This document shows positions 41,261 through 49,400 of a DNA stretch of 52,471 bases, in pieces. Both the position numbers and the translations under genes were made by a program. Source of the DNA: Betaproteobacteria bacterium (GTDB taxonomy: Bacteria; Pseudomonadota; Gammaproteobacteria; Burkholderiales; Casimicrobiaceae); the NCBI GenBank assembly GCA_013298045.1, contig JAAFJI010000001.1:1-52471 (forward strand). Reading direction: 5' to 3'. The first letter of the stretch is position 1, and the number at the start of each line of letters is the position of its first letter. Below the pieces are notes generated by a model. It saw only the letters and a program-made list of their open reading frames with translations, was not told the origin of the DNA and did no database searches.

Positions 41261-41662
41261 ATGAATCGTCGTTACGTCCAGCGTTGGTTTGCCTCAGTCA
41301 TAGCACTGCTTTGGTGTGTGACGAGCGTGCTCGCCCCCGCGTATGCGACACAAACGCTCGCCGCGAGTCTTGGCGACCATCATCACCCAGCGCTGGATAT
41401 GACCACGCTGGACGATGCCAACGAAAATAGCAGTAGTGCGCAAAAAATCATCGTAGTTGATATCGCCACTTTTTGGTCGGTGGTTGACGATTTCGATGGA
41501 CAAAGCGACTGCAAGCTTGCCTGTATGAGCACCGCCGCAGCGCTTCCGACCACTCACCTCGCGCCGCGCTTCGAGTCGTTACAGACCGCGCCGCTCGCGT
41601 TTGAGCAAAACGCCGTTTCGTTCATTCCTGCCGTCGAGCCGCCGCCGCCGCGCGGTCGCTGA
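41261..41662 (+). CDS. Exported CxxxC / C-terminal polyproline protein (CutF/CruR/DUF2946-like metal-responsive leader candidate)
   Basis: Signal peptide ending APAYA, DHHH, CKLAC and C-terminal VEPPPPRGR. First gene before a metal-handling cluster. Confidence 0.65.
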   Translation: MNRRYVQRWFASVIALLWCVTSVLAPAYATQTLAASLGDHHHPALDMTTLDDANENSSSAQKIIVVDIATFWSVVDDFDGQSDCKLACMSTAAALPTTHLAPRFESLQTAPLAFEQNAVSFIPAVEPPPPRGR

Positions 41663-41748
41663 ACTGTGCTTCGGGCGACGCCTGAGGCTCGCGATACTCG
41701 CCCAGTTTCGACTCGGCGAGCTGTTCAACGATTGCAGGAGTTTTTTTT

Positions 41749-42411
41749 GTGGATACCAGAATGCACGCGCTTCGCGTGGGCGCTGTATTGGCGACGCTAA
41801 TCGCCGCGACTACAGCAGAAGCGGGCTTTTTCATTCCCAAGGGCACCACCATGGGGATGATGAGCTTATCTCCGAACGAGCAGAACTTTGAGCTCTCGTA
41901 CGGCTTCGATCGGCGCTTAAGCGGGATGCTCGGTTTGACCCGGGTGCGCGAGGGCGACGCCGCCGCGTGGCGAAACGTCGCGCTTGCGCAAGCGACCTAC
42001 CTCGTGCATCGACAAAGCACAGACGATGGCATTTTCAATGCCTACGTTTGGGCGGGTCCAATCGCCGAGCGTGTCGAGGGTGAAAACAAAACTCGCCTCG
42101 GCGGGCAAGCCGGCGTGTGGCTCGACTTTGAAACGCGGCTCATTTATTCGCGAATTAAGGCGCACACGTTTAAGACCGAGCGCTGGCGGCGCAACGAAGT
42201 GGTCGCGCAGGGCATGCTCGCGCCGTACAAGGCGGAGTACGACCAAATCGCATCATGGGGCGGCGTGCAGCTCAAGCGCGCGAGCGGCGAATCGCTTGAG
42301 GTCACGCCCTACCTGCGATTTTTTCAACGTAACTGGTGGGTCGATGCGGGGGTGAGCGTAGATCGCAAACACCGCAACGACTTCTTTCTGAATGTCATGT
42401 ATTTGTTTTAA
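41749..42411 (+). CDS. Exported hypothetical protein, probable small outer-membrane beta-barrel
   Basis: AGGAG RBS, signal peptide ending AEA, amphipathic aromatic strands and C-terminal ...NVMYLF. Confidence 0.7.
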   Translation: MDTRMHALRVGAVLATLIAATTAEAGFFIPKGTTMGMMSLSPNEQNFELSYGFDRRLSGMLGLTRVREGDAAAWRNVALAQATYLVHRQSTDDGIFNAYVWAGPIAERVEGENKTRLGGQAGVWLDFETRLIYSRIKAHTFKTERWRRNEVVAQGMLAPYKAEYDQIASWGGVQLKRASGESLEVTPYLRFFQRNWWVDAGVSVDRKHRNDFFLNVMYLF

Positions 42412-42424
42412 CTTGGAGAAATGT

Positions 42425-42772
42425 ATGAAATCGATTGCTAAATTTGCACTCACCACTGTGACCTTCACCGCGCTTGCGCTCGGCGTTGCCGCGGTGCATG
42501 CCGAGACGGTAAAGATCAAAGTCGATGGCATGGTCTGCGCGTTCTGCGCCGGATCAATCGAGAAGAAAATGAAGGCGAATAAGGAAACGGCGGAAGTCTT
42601 TGTGAGTCTTGAAAACAAGATCGTCGCGGTCGCTCAGAAGCCTGGCCAGAAGCTCGATGACGCGAAACTCAAAGCGCAGATTGCCGATGCGGGCTACGAA
42701 GTCAAAGGTATCGAGCGGGTGAACGCAACAATCGCCGACATTCGCGCCGAAGTGAAGGCGAAAAAGTCGTAA
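42425..42772 (+). CDS. Periplasmic heavy-metal-associated (HMA; MerP/CopZ-like) protein
   Basis: Signal peptide ending VHA. VDGMVCAFC and I.DAGY motifs. Confidence 0.9.
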   Translation: MKSIAKFALTTVTFTALALGVAAVHAETVKIKVDGMVCAFCAGSIEKKMKANKETAEVFVSLENKIVAVAQKPGQKLDDAKLKAQIADAGYEVKGIERVNATIADIRAEVKAKKS

Positions 42773-43194
42773 TGGCAGTTGTCGCGACTAGCGAAACCTC
42801 GGGCGACGGTGGCAACGCGCAAGCGGTAAGCCGTCGCCTGACCTGGTTTTCCATCTTCACCAGTACCTCGACCTTGGTGTGCTGCGCGATCCCAGCGCTT
42901 CTGGTTGCGCTGGGTGCCGGGGCAACGCTCGCTGCCTTCGTCGGCGCGGTGCCGCAGATCGTGTGGCTCTCGGAGCACAAAACGGCGGTGTTCGCATTTG
43001 CCGGAATCATGCTCGCGATTGCTGGCTATTTCCAGTGGCGCGCACGCTTCGCACCATGCCCGATCGATCCGGTGCTTGCGGCCGCCTGTACACGGCAGCG
43101 CAGGGTATCGAGCGTCATTTATTTCGTGTCGCTCGCGATCTACTTGGCGGGCGGCTTCTTCGCCTTTGTGCTACCGGTGATTTTGTACGGTTGA
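42772..43194 (+). CDS. MerT-like three-helix membrane metal transporter
   Basis: TLVCCAIP in the first helix and a loop PCPIDP...AC. TAATG coupling with the HMA gene. Confidence 0.75.
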   Translation: MAVVATSETSGDGGNAQAVSRRLTWFSIFTSTSTLVCCAIPALLVALGAGATLAAFVGAVPQIVWLSEHKTAVFAFAGIMLAIAGYFQWRARFAPCPIDPVLAAACTRQRRVSSVIYFVSLAIYLAGGFFAFVLPVILYG

Positions 43195-43258
43195 GCCGTC
43201 GCACATCCCGGTTCGTCCTGGCTCCTGACGGCGGCGTAGGCGGCGATCCGATTGCCGC

Positions 43259-43891
43259 TTACGTCTTCGCCAACACGATCTCGAAATTCGCGGACAACTG
43301 CGCCCCGACACTCGGGTCGCGCAGCGACTCGGTCTTCACCGTGAGCCGATCGCGCTCCTGTGAGAAGCTGCCCCAGTTGCTGCGCTCTTGATTTTCGCCC
43401 GCGAAGTACATCTGCGTCGTGAGCGTGCGATAGCCTTTTGCTTCGACTTTGAAATGCACATGGGCGGGACGGCCGCCATAGTTGACCGGCTTGATGGTGC
43501 GAAACCGATACCCGCCTTTGGTGTCGCTCGCCGTGCGCCCGAATCCCTGGAAACCACGCTTGAGCGGGCCGTCGCCATCGTCTCTCGGGTGTCGGTAGAC
43601 GCCAGTGGCATCGACCTGCCAAATCTCTACATTTGCGTCGATGATCGGCGCTGCCCGAACGTCGAGAATGCGACCGAGCAAGAGCAAACTCACCCCAGCG
43701 TCGTAGCGCTTGCCGTTGACCACGATTAGGTCGCCGTCAACGTCGCCCGTCCATGCTGCTGGGTAGAACGGGCCTTCGGAATCCGCAGGCGTCGGCGCAA
43801 GTGCGCTCGTCTTCGCAGAGCCGTGGTTCGAAAGCGGCAAACTTGCGAGTGTGGCAACGCCGAGCAAGGTGTCGCGACGGACGCGGTTCAT
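43259..43891 (-). CDS. Intradiol ring-cleavage dioxygenase family protein with a probable Tat signal
   Basis: EGPFY, VEIWQ.D..G.Y, FRTIKP..Y..RPAHVHF and TTQMYF motifs. N-terminus MNRVRRDTLLG and AGGAG RBS. Confidence 0.88.
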   Translation of the reverse strand: MNRVRRDTLLGVATLASLPLSNHGSAKTSALAPTPADSEGPFYPAAWTGDVDGDLIVVNGKRYDAGVSLLLLGRILDVRAAPIIDANVEIWQVDATGVYRHPRDDGDGPLKRGFQGFGRTASDTKGGYRFRTIKPVNYGGRPAHVHFKVEAKGYRTLTTQMYFAGENQERSNWGSFSQERDRLTVKTESLRDPSVGAQLSANFEIVLAKT

Positions 43892-44101
43892 GGTAAGTCT
43901 CCTTTGGGCGTGGGCGAAAGCTAAGACTACAGCTACGCCGAGGCGTTCACTTGCGGCGAAGTTAGCGGTAATTGCAGCTCTTTTGCGTAAAGCCAAGTAA
44001 AATATACCTATAAGGCTCATTTAGTAATAAGACATTAGGCAGCAAAACCGGCTACAAATCCATTTTTAATGGGGCATAACGCGCTGTAGCTAGCAATGCT
44101 T

Positions 44102-44893
44102 TCACGCTGGTTGTGCTGCGAGTAGCCGCAGTGCGTGGCTGACTGCCGTGAGCCCGATAGCAGCCGTCATATGCATTGCCGATCCGTAGCCTGCGCAGGC
44201 GAGCCCGGTGCCGCCGTCCTGCGGTGCCTGAGCGGGCGGCTCTTCGCTATAAACCGCAGTCACCGCAAACTTAGCGCTTCTGCCCGGTTTACCACTCGGA
44301 AAACCGTAATCGCGACGCAGCGTCGTGCGCAATTTCGCGAGCAGCGGGTCTTGCGTCGCTTGCGACAAATCGGCAACGCGAATGCGTGTCGGATCCAGCT
44401 TGCCACCGGCACCGCCGCAGACCACGATCGACTGCGAAGCACGCTTGCAATACGACACCATCGCGGCTTTCGCGCGCACGTTGTCGATCGCGTCGATCAC
44501 AATTGTTGCGCTCGCCGGAAGGCAGGTCGCGACGTTCTCCGGCGTTACGAAATCATCCACCACCGTAATGCTGCAATCCGGCGCAAACGACGCAATCCGA
44601 TCGCGCATTGCATCGACCTTGTTGCGGCCGAGGTTTGCAAGGGTTGCGTGCGCTTGCCGATTCAAGTTCGATTCGGCAATCACGTCGAGATCGATGAGCG
44701 TGAGTTGCCCCACACCCGAGCGCGCAAGCGCCTCCGCAGCCCATGAGCCGACGCCGCCAATGCCAACCACCGCGACATGTGCCGCCCGGATTCGGCGCAG
44801 CCCGAGCTCGCCGTAGAGTCGGGCAACGCCACCGAAACGTCGAGCCTCGTCGAGCAGCGGGACAGAAGCGGTAAGCACGTTGGTGGAATGCAT
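44102..44893 (-). CDS. tcdA: tRNA threonylcarbamoyladenosine dehydratase
   Basis: RFGG..RLYG, GIGGVGSW..EALARSG, SNLNRQ, GGAGGK.DP and VYSEE motifs. Confidence 0.93.
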   Translation of the reverse strand: MHSTNVLTASVPLLDEARRFGGVARLYGELGLRRIRAAHVAVVGIGGVGSWAAEALARSGVGQLTLIDLDVIAESNLNRQAHATLANLGRNKVDAMRDRIASFAPDCSITVVDDFVTPENVATCLPASATIVIDAIDNVRAKAAMVSYCKRASQSIVVCGGAGGKLDPTRIRVADLSQATQDPLLAKLRTTLRRDYGFPSGKPGRSAKFAVTAVYSEEPPAQAPQDGGTGLACAGYGSAMHMTAAIGLTAVSHALRLLAAQPA

Positions 44894-44947
44894 CGCGCGA
44901 GCGTATCATCAACAAATGGCGCGGCATTCGTCGCGCGAAATTGCCGT

Positions 44948-45337
44948 ATGAACACTAACAAACTATTTGTGGTCGCTGCGCTTCTGTGGCTCGCCGCAGC
45001 GCTCGCAGTTGCATATCTCGCGTCGCGCTGGGTGATCGTGGCCATAGTGCCGATCGCCGCCGCGCTCTGGTTCGCCGCGAACGCCGAGCGCGTCCGGCAA
45101 TCGACCCAGCTCGTGCTGCCGGTGCTGCTGCTGCCAGGCGCGCTGATGTGTTTTATTGGGGTGATGCAGGCGCTCGGCTATGGTCAGATGGTCGATGAGC
45201 CGATGGCTGCGCATCGCTCACTGCGAGTCGGCTTTTTCGGCGTCGGTCTCGCGCTACATTTCGCCGCGTTCTGGCTGCTTGCCGACGAATCGCGCGCGAG
45301 CGACCATCCGTCAGGCGAACGGGCGACGAAAATTTAG
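44948..45337 (+). CDS. Small membrane protein of unknown function
   Basis: About four hydrophobic segments. Fills the gap between tcdA and the DUF3460 gene. Confidence 0.65.
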   Translation: MNTNKLFVVAALLWLAAALAVAYLASRWVIVAIVPIAAALWFAANAERVRQSTQLVLPVLLLPGALMCFIGVMQALGYGQMVDEPMAAHRSLRVGFFGVGLALHFAAFWLLADESRASDHPSGERATKI

Positions 45338-45350
45338 CGAAACGGTCGCG

Positions 45351-45533
45351 CTACTTTGTCGCGTAGGGATAGGCTCGCTGCGGTACCGTGGCGGCGTCTT
45401 GCTCGCTGCGCTCGCTGACATCAAGCGGCTTCTTATCCCACCAAATCGCGCGACCCTTGCGCTGCTCTTCTTCGAGATGCGGTTTCGCGGCTTTAAGTTC
45501 GCGAATGAATTTGGTGATGTCGGATTCGTACAT
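45351..45533 (-). CDS. DUF3460-family small protein
   Basis: Y.SDIT.F..ELK...P.LE.EQR.GRA.WWDK...VPQ..Y.Y pattern. Confidence 0.88.
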   Translation of the reverse strand: MYESDITKFIRELKAAKPHLEEEQRKGRAIWWDKKPLDVSERSEQDAATVPQRAYPYATK

Positions 45534-45569
45534 GTCTGGGATCAGATGTCAGGGTTCAGGAATCAGATT

Positions 45570-46814
45570 TTACGGCTCGCGTTGCTCGCGGTCGGTACGT
45601 TTTGAGCCCGCGTACATTTGGAACTCGAACAATCGGCAGTCGAGCGCGCCGTTGTAGAGCGGCGTTTTCTTGCCTGGCTTGAAGCCTAGACCGCTCGGCA
45701 TGTCGCGATCTGCGGTGATGAAACAGACGGTCCAGCCCGAGAGCTCGCGCTTCATCCACGCGCCGAGCGCGGGATACCACGCCCGTAGATCGGCGAGCTC
45801 TTCCATGCGCTCGCCGTACGGTGGGTTCGACAGCACAAGACCGGTTTCGGCGGGACGCGTAATCGCTTCAGCGCGCAAATTCGTGAGCGAAATTCGCTTC
45901 AAGGTTTCGCTGCCGACCACGTTTTGCAGATGACGCGATGTCGTGTCGATCGCCGCAGGGTTTATATCGTTTCCGTATATCAACTCTCTCGCTAATTGCC
46001 CAATATTTTCTCGACTTTCATCGCGTAAATATTTGAATTGAGAAGCATTAAAAAATCGCAATTTCTCAAACGAAAAAGTGCGTTGAAGTCCGGGGGCGAT
46101 CTTCATTGCGATCATCGCCGCTTCGGTGAGAATCGTTCCGCTGCCACACATTGCATCGAGCAGCGGACGATCGCCTTTCCATCCTTTGAGCAATAACATG
46201 CCCGCTGCAAGGTTCTCGCGCAACGGCGCGGCAAGCCCTTCGCGACGATAACCGCGCTTGAACAGCGCTTCGCCCGCGAGGTCGAGATAAATCGTCGCGC
46301 GGTATTCGGTGAGGAAGACGAAGATGCGCATGTCGGGCATCGAAGTGTCGACGCTCGGTCGCGAATTCATCGCCACGCGAAATTTGTCGACGATCGCGTC
46401 CTTCACTTTGAGCGTGACGAAATCGAGCGACTTAAGCGGCGAGCGAATCGCGTTCGTTTCCACGCGAATCGTGTGATGCGCGGCGAACATATGCGGCCAA
46501 TCGACCGTGCGCGCGAGGCGATAGATGTCGTCCTCAACGCGGTATTCGCCATCGGCGACTTGCCACAACACGCGACTCGCAACGCGACTCCACAAACACG
46601 CGCGCTGGCCGAGTTCGAACGCACCGCTGAATCCAACACCGCCATCGGTCATTGAAATGTGATCGGCACCGAGCGACGCGAGTTCGTCGGCAAGCACTTG
46701 TTCGAGCCCGCGTGGGCAGGGCGCGAAGAATCGATCGATACTTTTCGTCGGCGCTTTTGCTTTGACGGCAATCGTCGTGCGTTGCGGAGGACTAGATTGT
46801 TTAGGAAGAGGCAT
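45570..46814 (-). CDS. THUMP-domain rRNA methyltransferase (RlmL-like)
   Basis: CPRGLE..L..EL, GEALFKRGYR, APLRENLAA, D.MCGSGT, SNPPYGER and NG.LDC motifs. Confidence 0.92.
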   Translation of the reverse strand: MPLPKQSSPPQRTTIAVKAKAPTKSIDRFFAPCPRGLEQVLADELASLGADHISMTDGGVGFSGAFELGQRACLWSRVASRVLWQVADGEYRVEDDIYRLARTVDWPHMFAAHHTIRVETNAIRSPLKSLDFVTLKVKDAIVDKFRVAMNSRPSVDTSMPDMRIFVFLTEYRATIYLDLAGEALFKRGYRREGLAAPLRENLAAGMLLLKGWKGDRPLLDAMCGSGTILTEAAMIAMKIAPGLQRTFSFEKLRFFNASQFKYLRDESRENIGQLARELIYGNDINPAAIDTTSRHLQNVVGSETLKRISLTNLRAEAITRPAETGLVLSNPPYGERMEELADLRAWYPALGAWMKRELSGWTVCFITADRDMPSGLGFKPGKKTPLYNGALDCRLFEFQMYAGSKRTDREQREP

Positions 46815-46822
46815 TAGAAATT

Positions 46823-47006
46823 TCTTTGACGCGGATTACGCTGATTTCGCAGATTGACGCAGATTTTTTGATGTCGTGCCGTATCTCATAACAAGTGATG
46901 TGCGAGAAACGTTGAAATCAACGAACGCCTTGCGTAAGACTCGCTTCGCTGGTGCGGAAACTAATCAGTGTCAATCTGCGAAATCAGCGCAATCTGCGTC
47001 GAAAGA
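46823..47006. repeat. Long inverted repeat built from CGCAGATT-type units
   Basis: Arms of about 43 bp (46823-46865 and 46963-47006) match apart from four substitutions and one indel, around a 97-bp spacer. Confidence 0.85.
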
Positions 47007-47435
47007 CTACGTCGGTTTCAGCACCACCAAAAACACGATGCCGAACAACGCAAACACCGGTAACTCATTCATGACGCGAAAGTATTTCTCGGAGCGGGTG
47101 TTGCGACCCTCGCGAAATGCGCGCAAGTGCACGAAGCAAAGCACGTGGTGCACAACGAGCGTGAGCACGAGCAGCAGCTTCCACATCATCCACTTCCCGG
47201 TGATGCCGTAACCGAGCCACAGCCACGCGCCGAACACGATGGTGAAAATCGCACCGGGCGTCATGATGCCCCAGAACAATTTTCGCTCCATGATTTTGAA
47301 GCGTGCATCGCCCTTCGGGTCGTTCTCGTTGATTGCTTGCACGTGATACACAAAGAGCCGCGGCAAATAGAAAATCGCCGCCATCCAGGTGACCATGAAG
47401 ATGATATGCAGCGATTTGATCCAAAGTACCGTCAT
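47007..47435 (-). CDS. hemJ: Protoporphyrinogen oxidase HemJ
   Basis: W.KSLHII...WMA..FYLPRLFVYH, MERKL...IM.P, R..NE.P and LVV.KP motifs. Confidence 0.9.
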   Translation of the reverse strand: MTVLWIKSLHIIFMVTWMAAIFYLPRLFVYHVQAINENDPKGDARFKIMERKLFWGIMTPGAIFTIVFGAWLWLGYGITGKWMMWKLLLVLTLVVHHVLCFVHLRAFREGRNTRSEKYFRVMNELPVFALFGIVFLVVLKPT

Positions 47436-47439
47436 GAAC

Positions 47440-47601
47440 CTACTCAGTGTTTTGCGTGCGCCGCGCGGCCCAAGAAATTCGAAGCATTGCGCGTTTCAAC
47501 ATGAAGCGCGAGATCGCCCACCGCCTCGCGTTGACCTCCCGTTTGACATCGCGGGTGTCGAAACTTTCACCGACGTCTTCGAGCAAAAGTAGCTCGCTCA
47601 T
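47440..47601 (-). CDS. Putative 53-aa small protein (too short for the ORF track)
   Basis: Hand translation: MSELLLLEDVGESFDTRDVKREVNARRWAISRFMLKRAMLRISWAARRTQNTE. Lies 4 nt from each neighbour on the same strand. Confidence 0.4.
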   Translation of the reverse strand: MSELLLLEDVGESFDTRDVKREVNARRWAISRFMLKRAMLRISWAARRTQNTE

Positions 47602-47605
47602 CGGG

Positions 47606-48223
47606 TCACCCACCGATTGTCGCGCAATGACGCTTGACGCAGCTTTTGAGTTCGGTGAGCCGTCCGTGAAAAAAGTGACCCGTGCCAGGAAATACGGTGA
47701 CTGGCAGCGCTTGCGGCCGCGCCCATTCCATCACGTCGGCAAGCGCAACCACGTCATCTTCTTCGCCGTGCACAACGAGCGTGTCTTTCGCCACTGCAGG
47801 AATTTCAAAACGCTTTACCGCAGGGCCAATCAACACCAACTGCTGCGGTTTCGCGCGTTCGTAGAGCCGCGTTTGCACGTAGCACCCAAACGAAAATCCT
47901 GCGGCAATCAAGGGCATTGCATCGCCTACTTGCTCGCGCGCATACGCAAGTGCGGCGGCGGCGTCTTCGGTTTCGCCAATCCCGTTGTCGAATTCGCCTT
48001 CGCTGTTTCCAACGCCGCGAAAGTTAAAGCGCATCACGGCGCAGTCCAATTCCTGGAAGGCTTTGGCGAGCGTCTGCACCACTTTGTTTTCCATGCTGCC
48101 GCCGTGCTGCGGATGGGGATGACAGATTAGCGCCAGCCCGCGCGAGCTCGCGGCCGGACTAGTCAATGCGATTTCGAGTGAACCTGCCGGACCGGGGATG
48201 AGTAATGTTCGCGCGCTAAACAT
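47606..48223 (-). CDS. Alpha/beta-fold hydrolase
   Basis: CHPHP..GGSM.NKVV, RFNFRGVG.S.G, GFSFG, HGE.D and HFFHG motifs. Confidence 0.92.
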   Translation of the reverse strand: MFSARTLLIPGPAGSLEIALTSPAASSRGLALICHPHPQHGGSMENKVVQTLAKAFQELDCAVMRFNFRGVGNSEGEFDNGIGETEDAAAALAYAREQVGDAMPLIAAGFSFGCYVQTRLYERAKPQQLVLIGPAVKRFEIPAVAKDTLVVHGEEDDVVALADVMEWARPQALPVTVFPGTGHFFHGRLTELKSCVKRHCATIGG

Positions 48224-48232
48224 CCGGCGATT

Positions 48233-49336
48233 TTAGGCGGCGGACTCCTCTTCGTTTGCGCCTTCCGAAGCTTTCGCGCGCTTGCTTGTATCGCCGAATC
48301 GCAGCAAGAGCACCGCAGTGGCCACAAAGGGCCAGATCAGTACGATGCTGCGCGTTAGTCCATTTAGGTTGAGAAGTTGTCCGTAATGCCAGCTAAATTG
48401 CGAAAGCGGCGCGGCACGGGTGGCCAGATCGGGCAGCAAGAACGGAATTAACACGCTCGACAGCAGCGCGATCCCCGCGAGCACCGACTTCACCCTGCGC
48501 GGCAACCAAAACAGCAGCATCAGCAGCACTGAACCTGTGGCGATTCCGAGTGCATGCCCGGGGCGCAGCCACGACTCCCAAGCAATTGGCGTGAGTACCC
48601 ACTCGGCAACGATTGTTTTGAGTGCGACCGCGAGTGAGAGCGCCAACACGAGCGCGAGGCCGCCATAGGCTCGCTTTCGCATCGCCAAGTCAGTGAAGAG
48701 ACCGATACCAATCAACGCGGCGGCAACCTGGGCGACTTCAACTGCAATTACGACCGACTCGAACGCACCATCCATGCCCGGGTGAAAGGTCGCGCCGAAT
48801 AACGGAATACCCGGATTGACCTGGGCGATGAGCCATACGAAGAGCAGCAGTATTTTGAAGTCCCCAGTCGCGCCGCCGACGAAGAAGTGATTTCGCAGCA
48901 TGGAGAAAAAGTTGACCAGCCAGCGCTGACCAAGGAGCAGTGAGGCGACGCTTGCCCCGACGATCGCGCCGAGCGCATTTGCGATCGTGTCGTAGACGCT
49001 GGATACGCGGGTCGGTAGCCAGTTTTGCAGCGCCTCGACCGCAATCGAGAGCGCCAGCGCGAACAAGATCGTGAGTAGGAGGCGAGTCCTGGATCGCCAT
49101 TGACCTGGCCACAACGCGTACAGGGCAAAGCCGAGAGGCGTGTACGCAAGCGCGTTGAGCGAGAAATCCGAACGGGTGAAGCGCTTGGAGAACTCCGTGA
49201 GGTAGGCGAACGGGTTGCGATCGGTGGGAGTCCAGCCGGTAAAGGGTTGCAGGCTCGCGTAGACGATCACAAACGTTGAAAAAAGTGCTGTAAACAGAAG
49301 CAGCCTGGACGCTCGCGGCGGTGGTGTGCTCTTCAT
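48233..49336 (-). CDS. VanZ-family membrane protein
   Basis: YASL.PF, N...Y.PLG and E..Q.WLP.R.SS..D..AN..G motifs. Confidence 0.85.
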   Translation of the reverse strand: MKSTPPPRASRLLLFTALFSTFVIVYASLQPFTGWTPTDRNPFAYLTEFSKRFTRSDFSLNALAYTPLGFALYALWPGQWRSRTRLLLTILFALALSIAVEALQNWLPTRVSSVYDTIANALGAIVGASVASLLLGQRWLVNFFSMLRNHFFVGGATGDFKILLLFVWLIAQVNPGIPLFGATFHPGMDGAFESVVIAVEVAQVAAALIGIGLFTDLAMRKRAYGGLALVLALSLAVALKTIVAEWVLTPIAWESWLRPGHALGIATGSVLLMLLFWLPRRVKSVLAGIALLSSVLIPFLLPDLATRAAPLSQFSWHYGQLLNLNGLTRSIVLIWPFVATAVLLLRFGDTSKRAKASEGANEEESAA

Positions 49337-49400
49337 CGGCGTCGCGCCTCAGAATCGCATGCGGTGCACACTCGCGACCGGGGCATTTGTCGCAACACGC

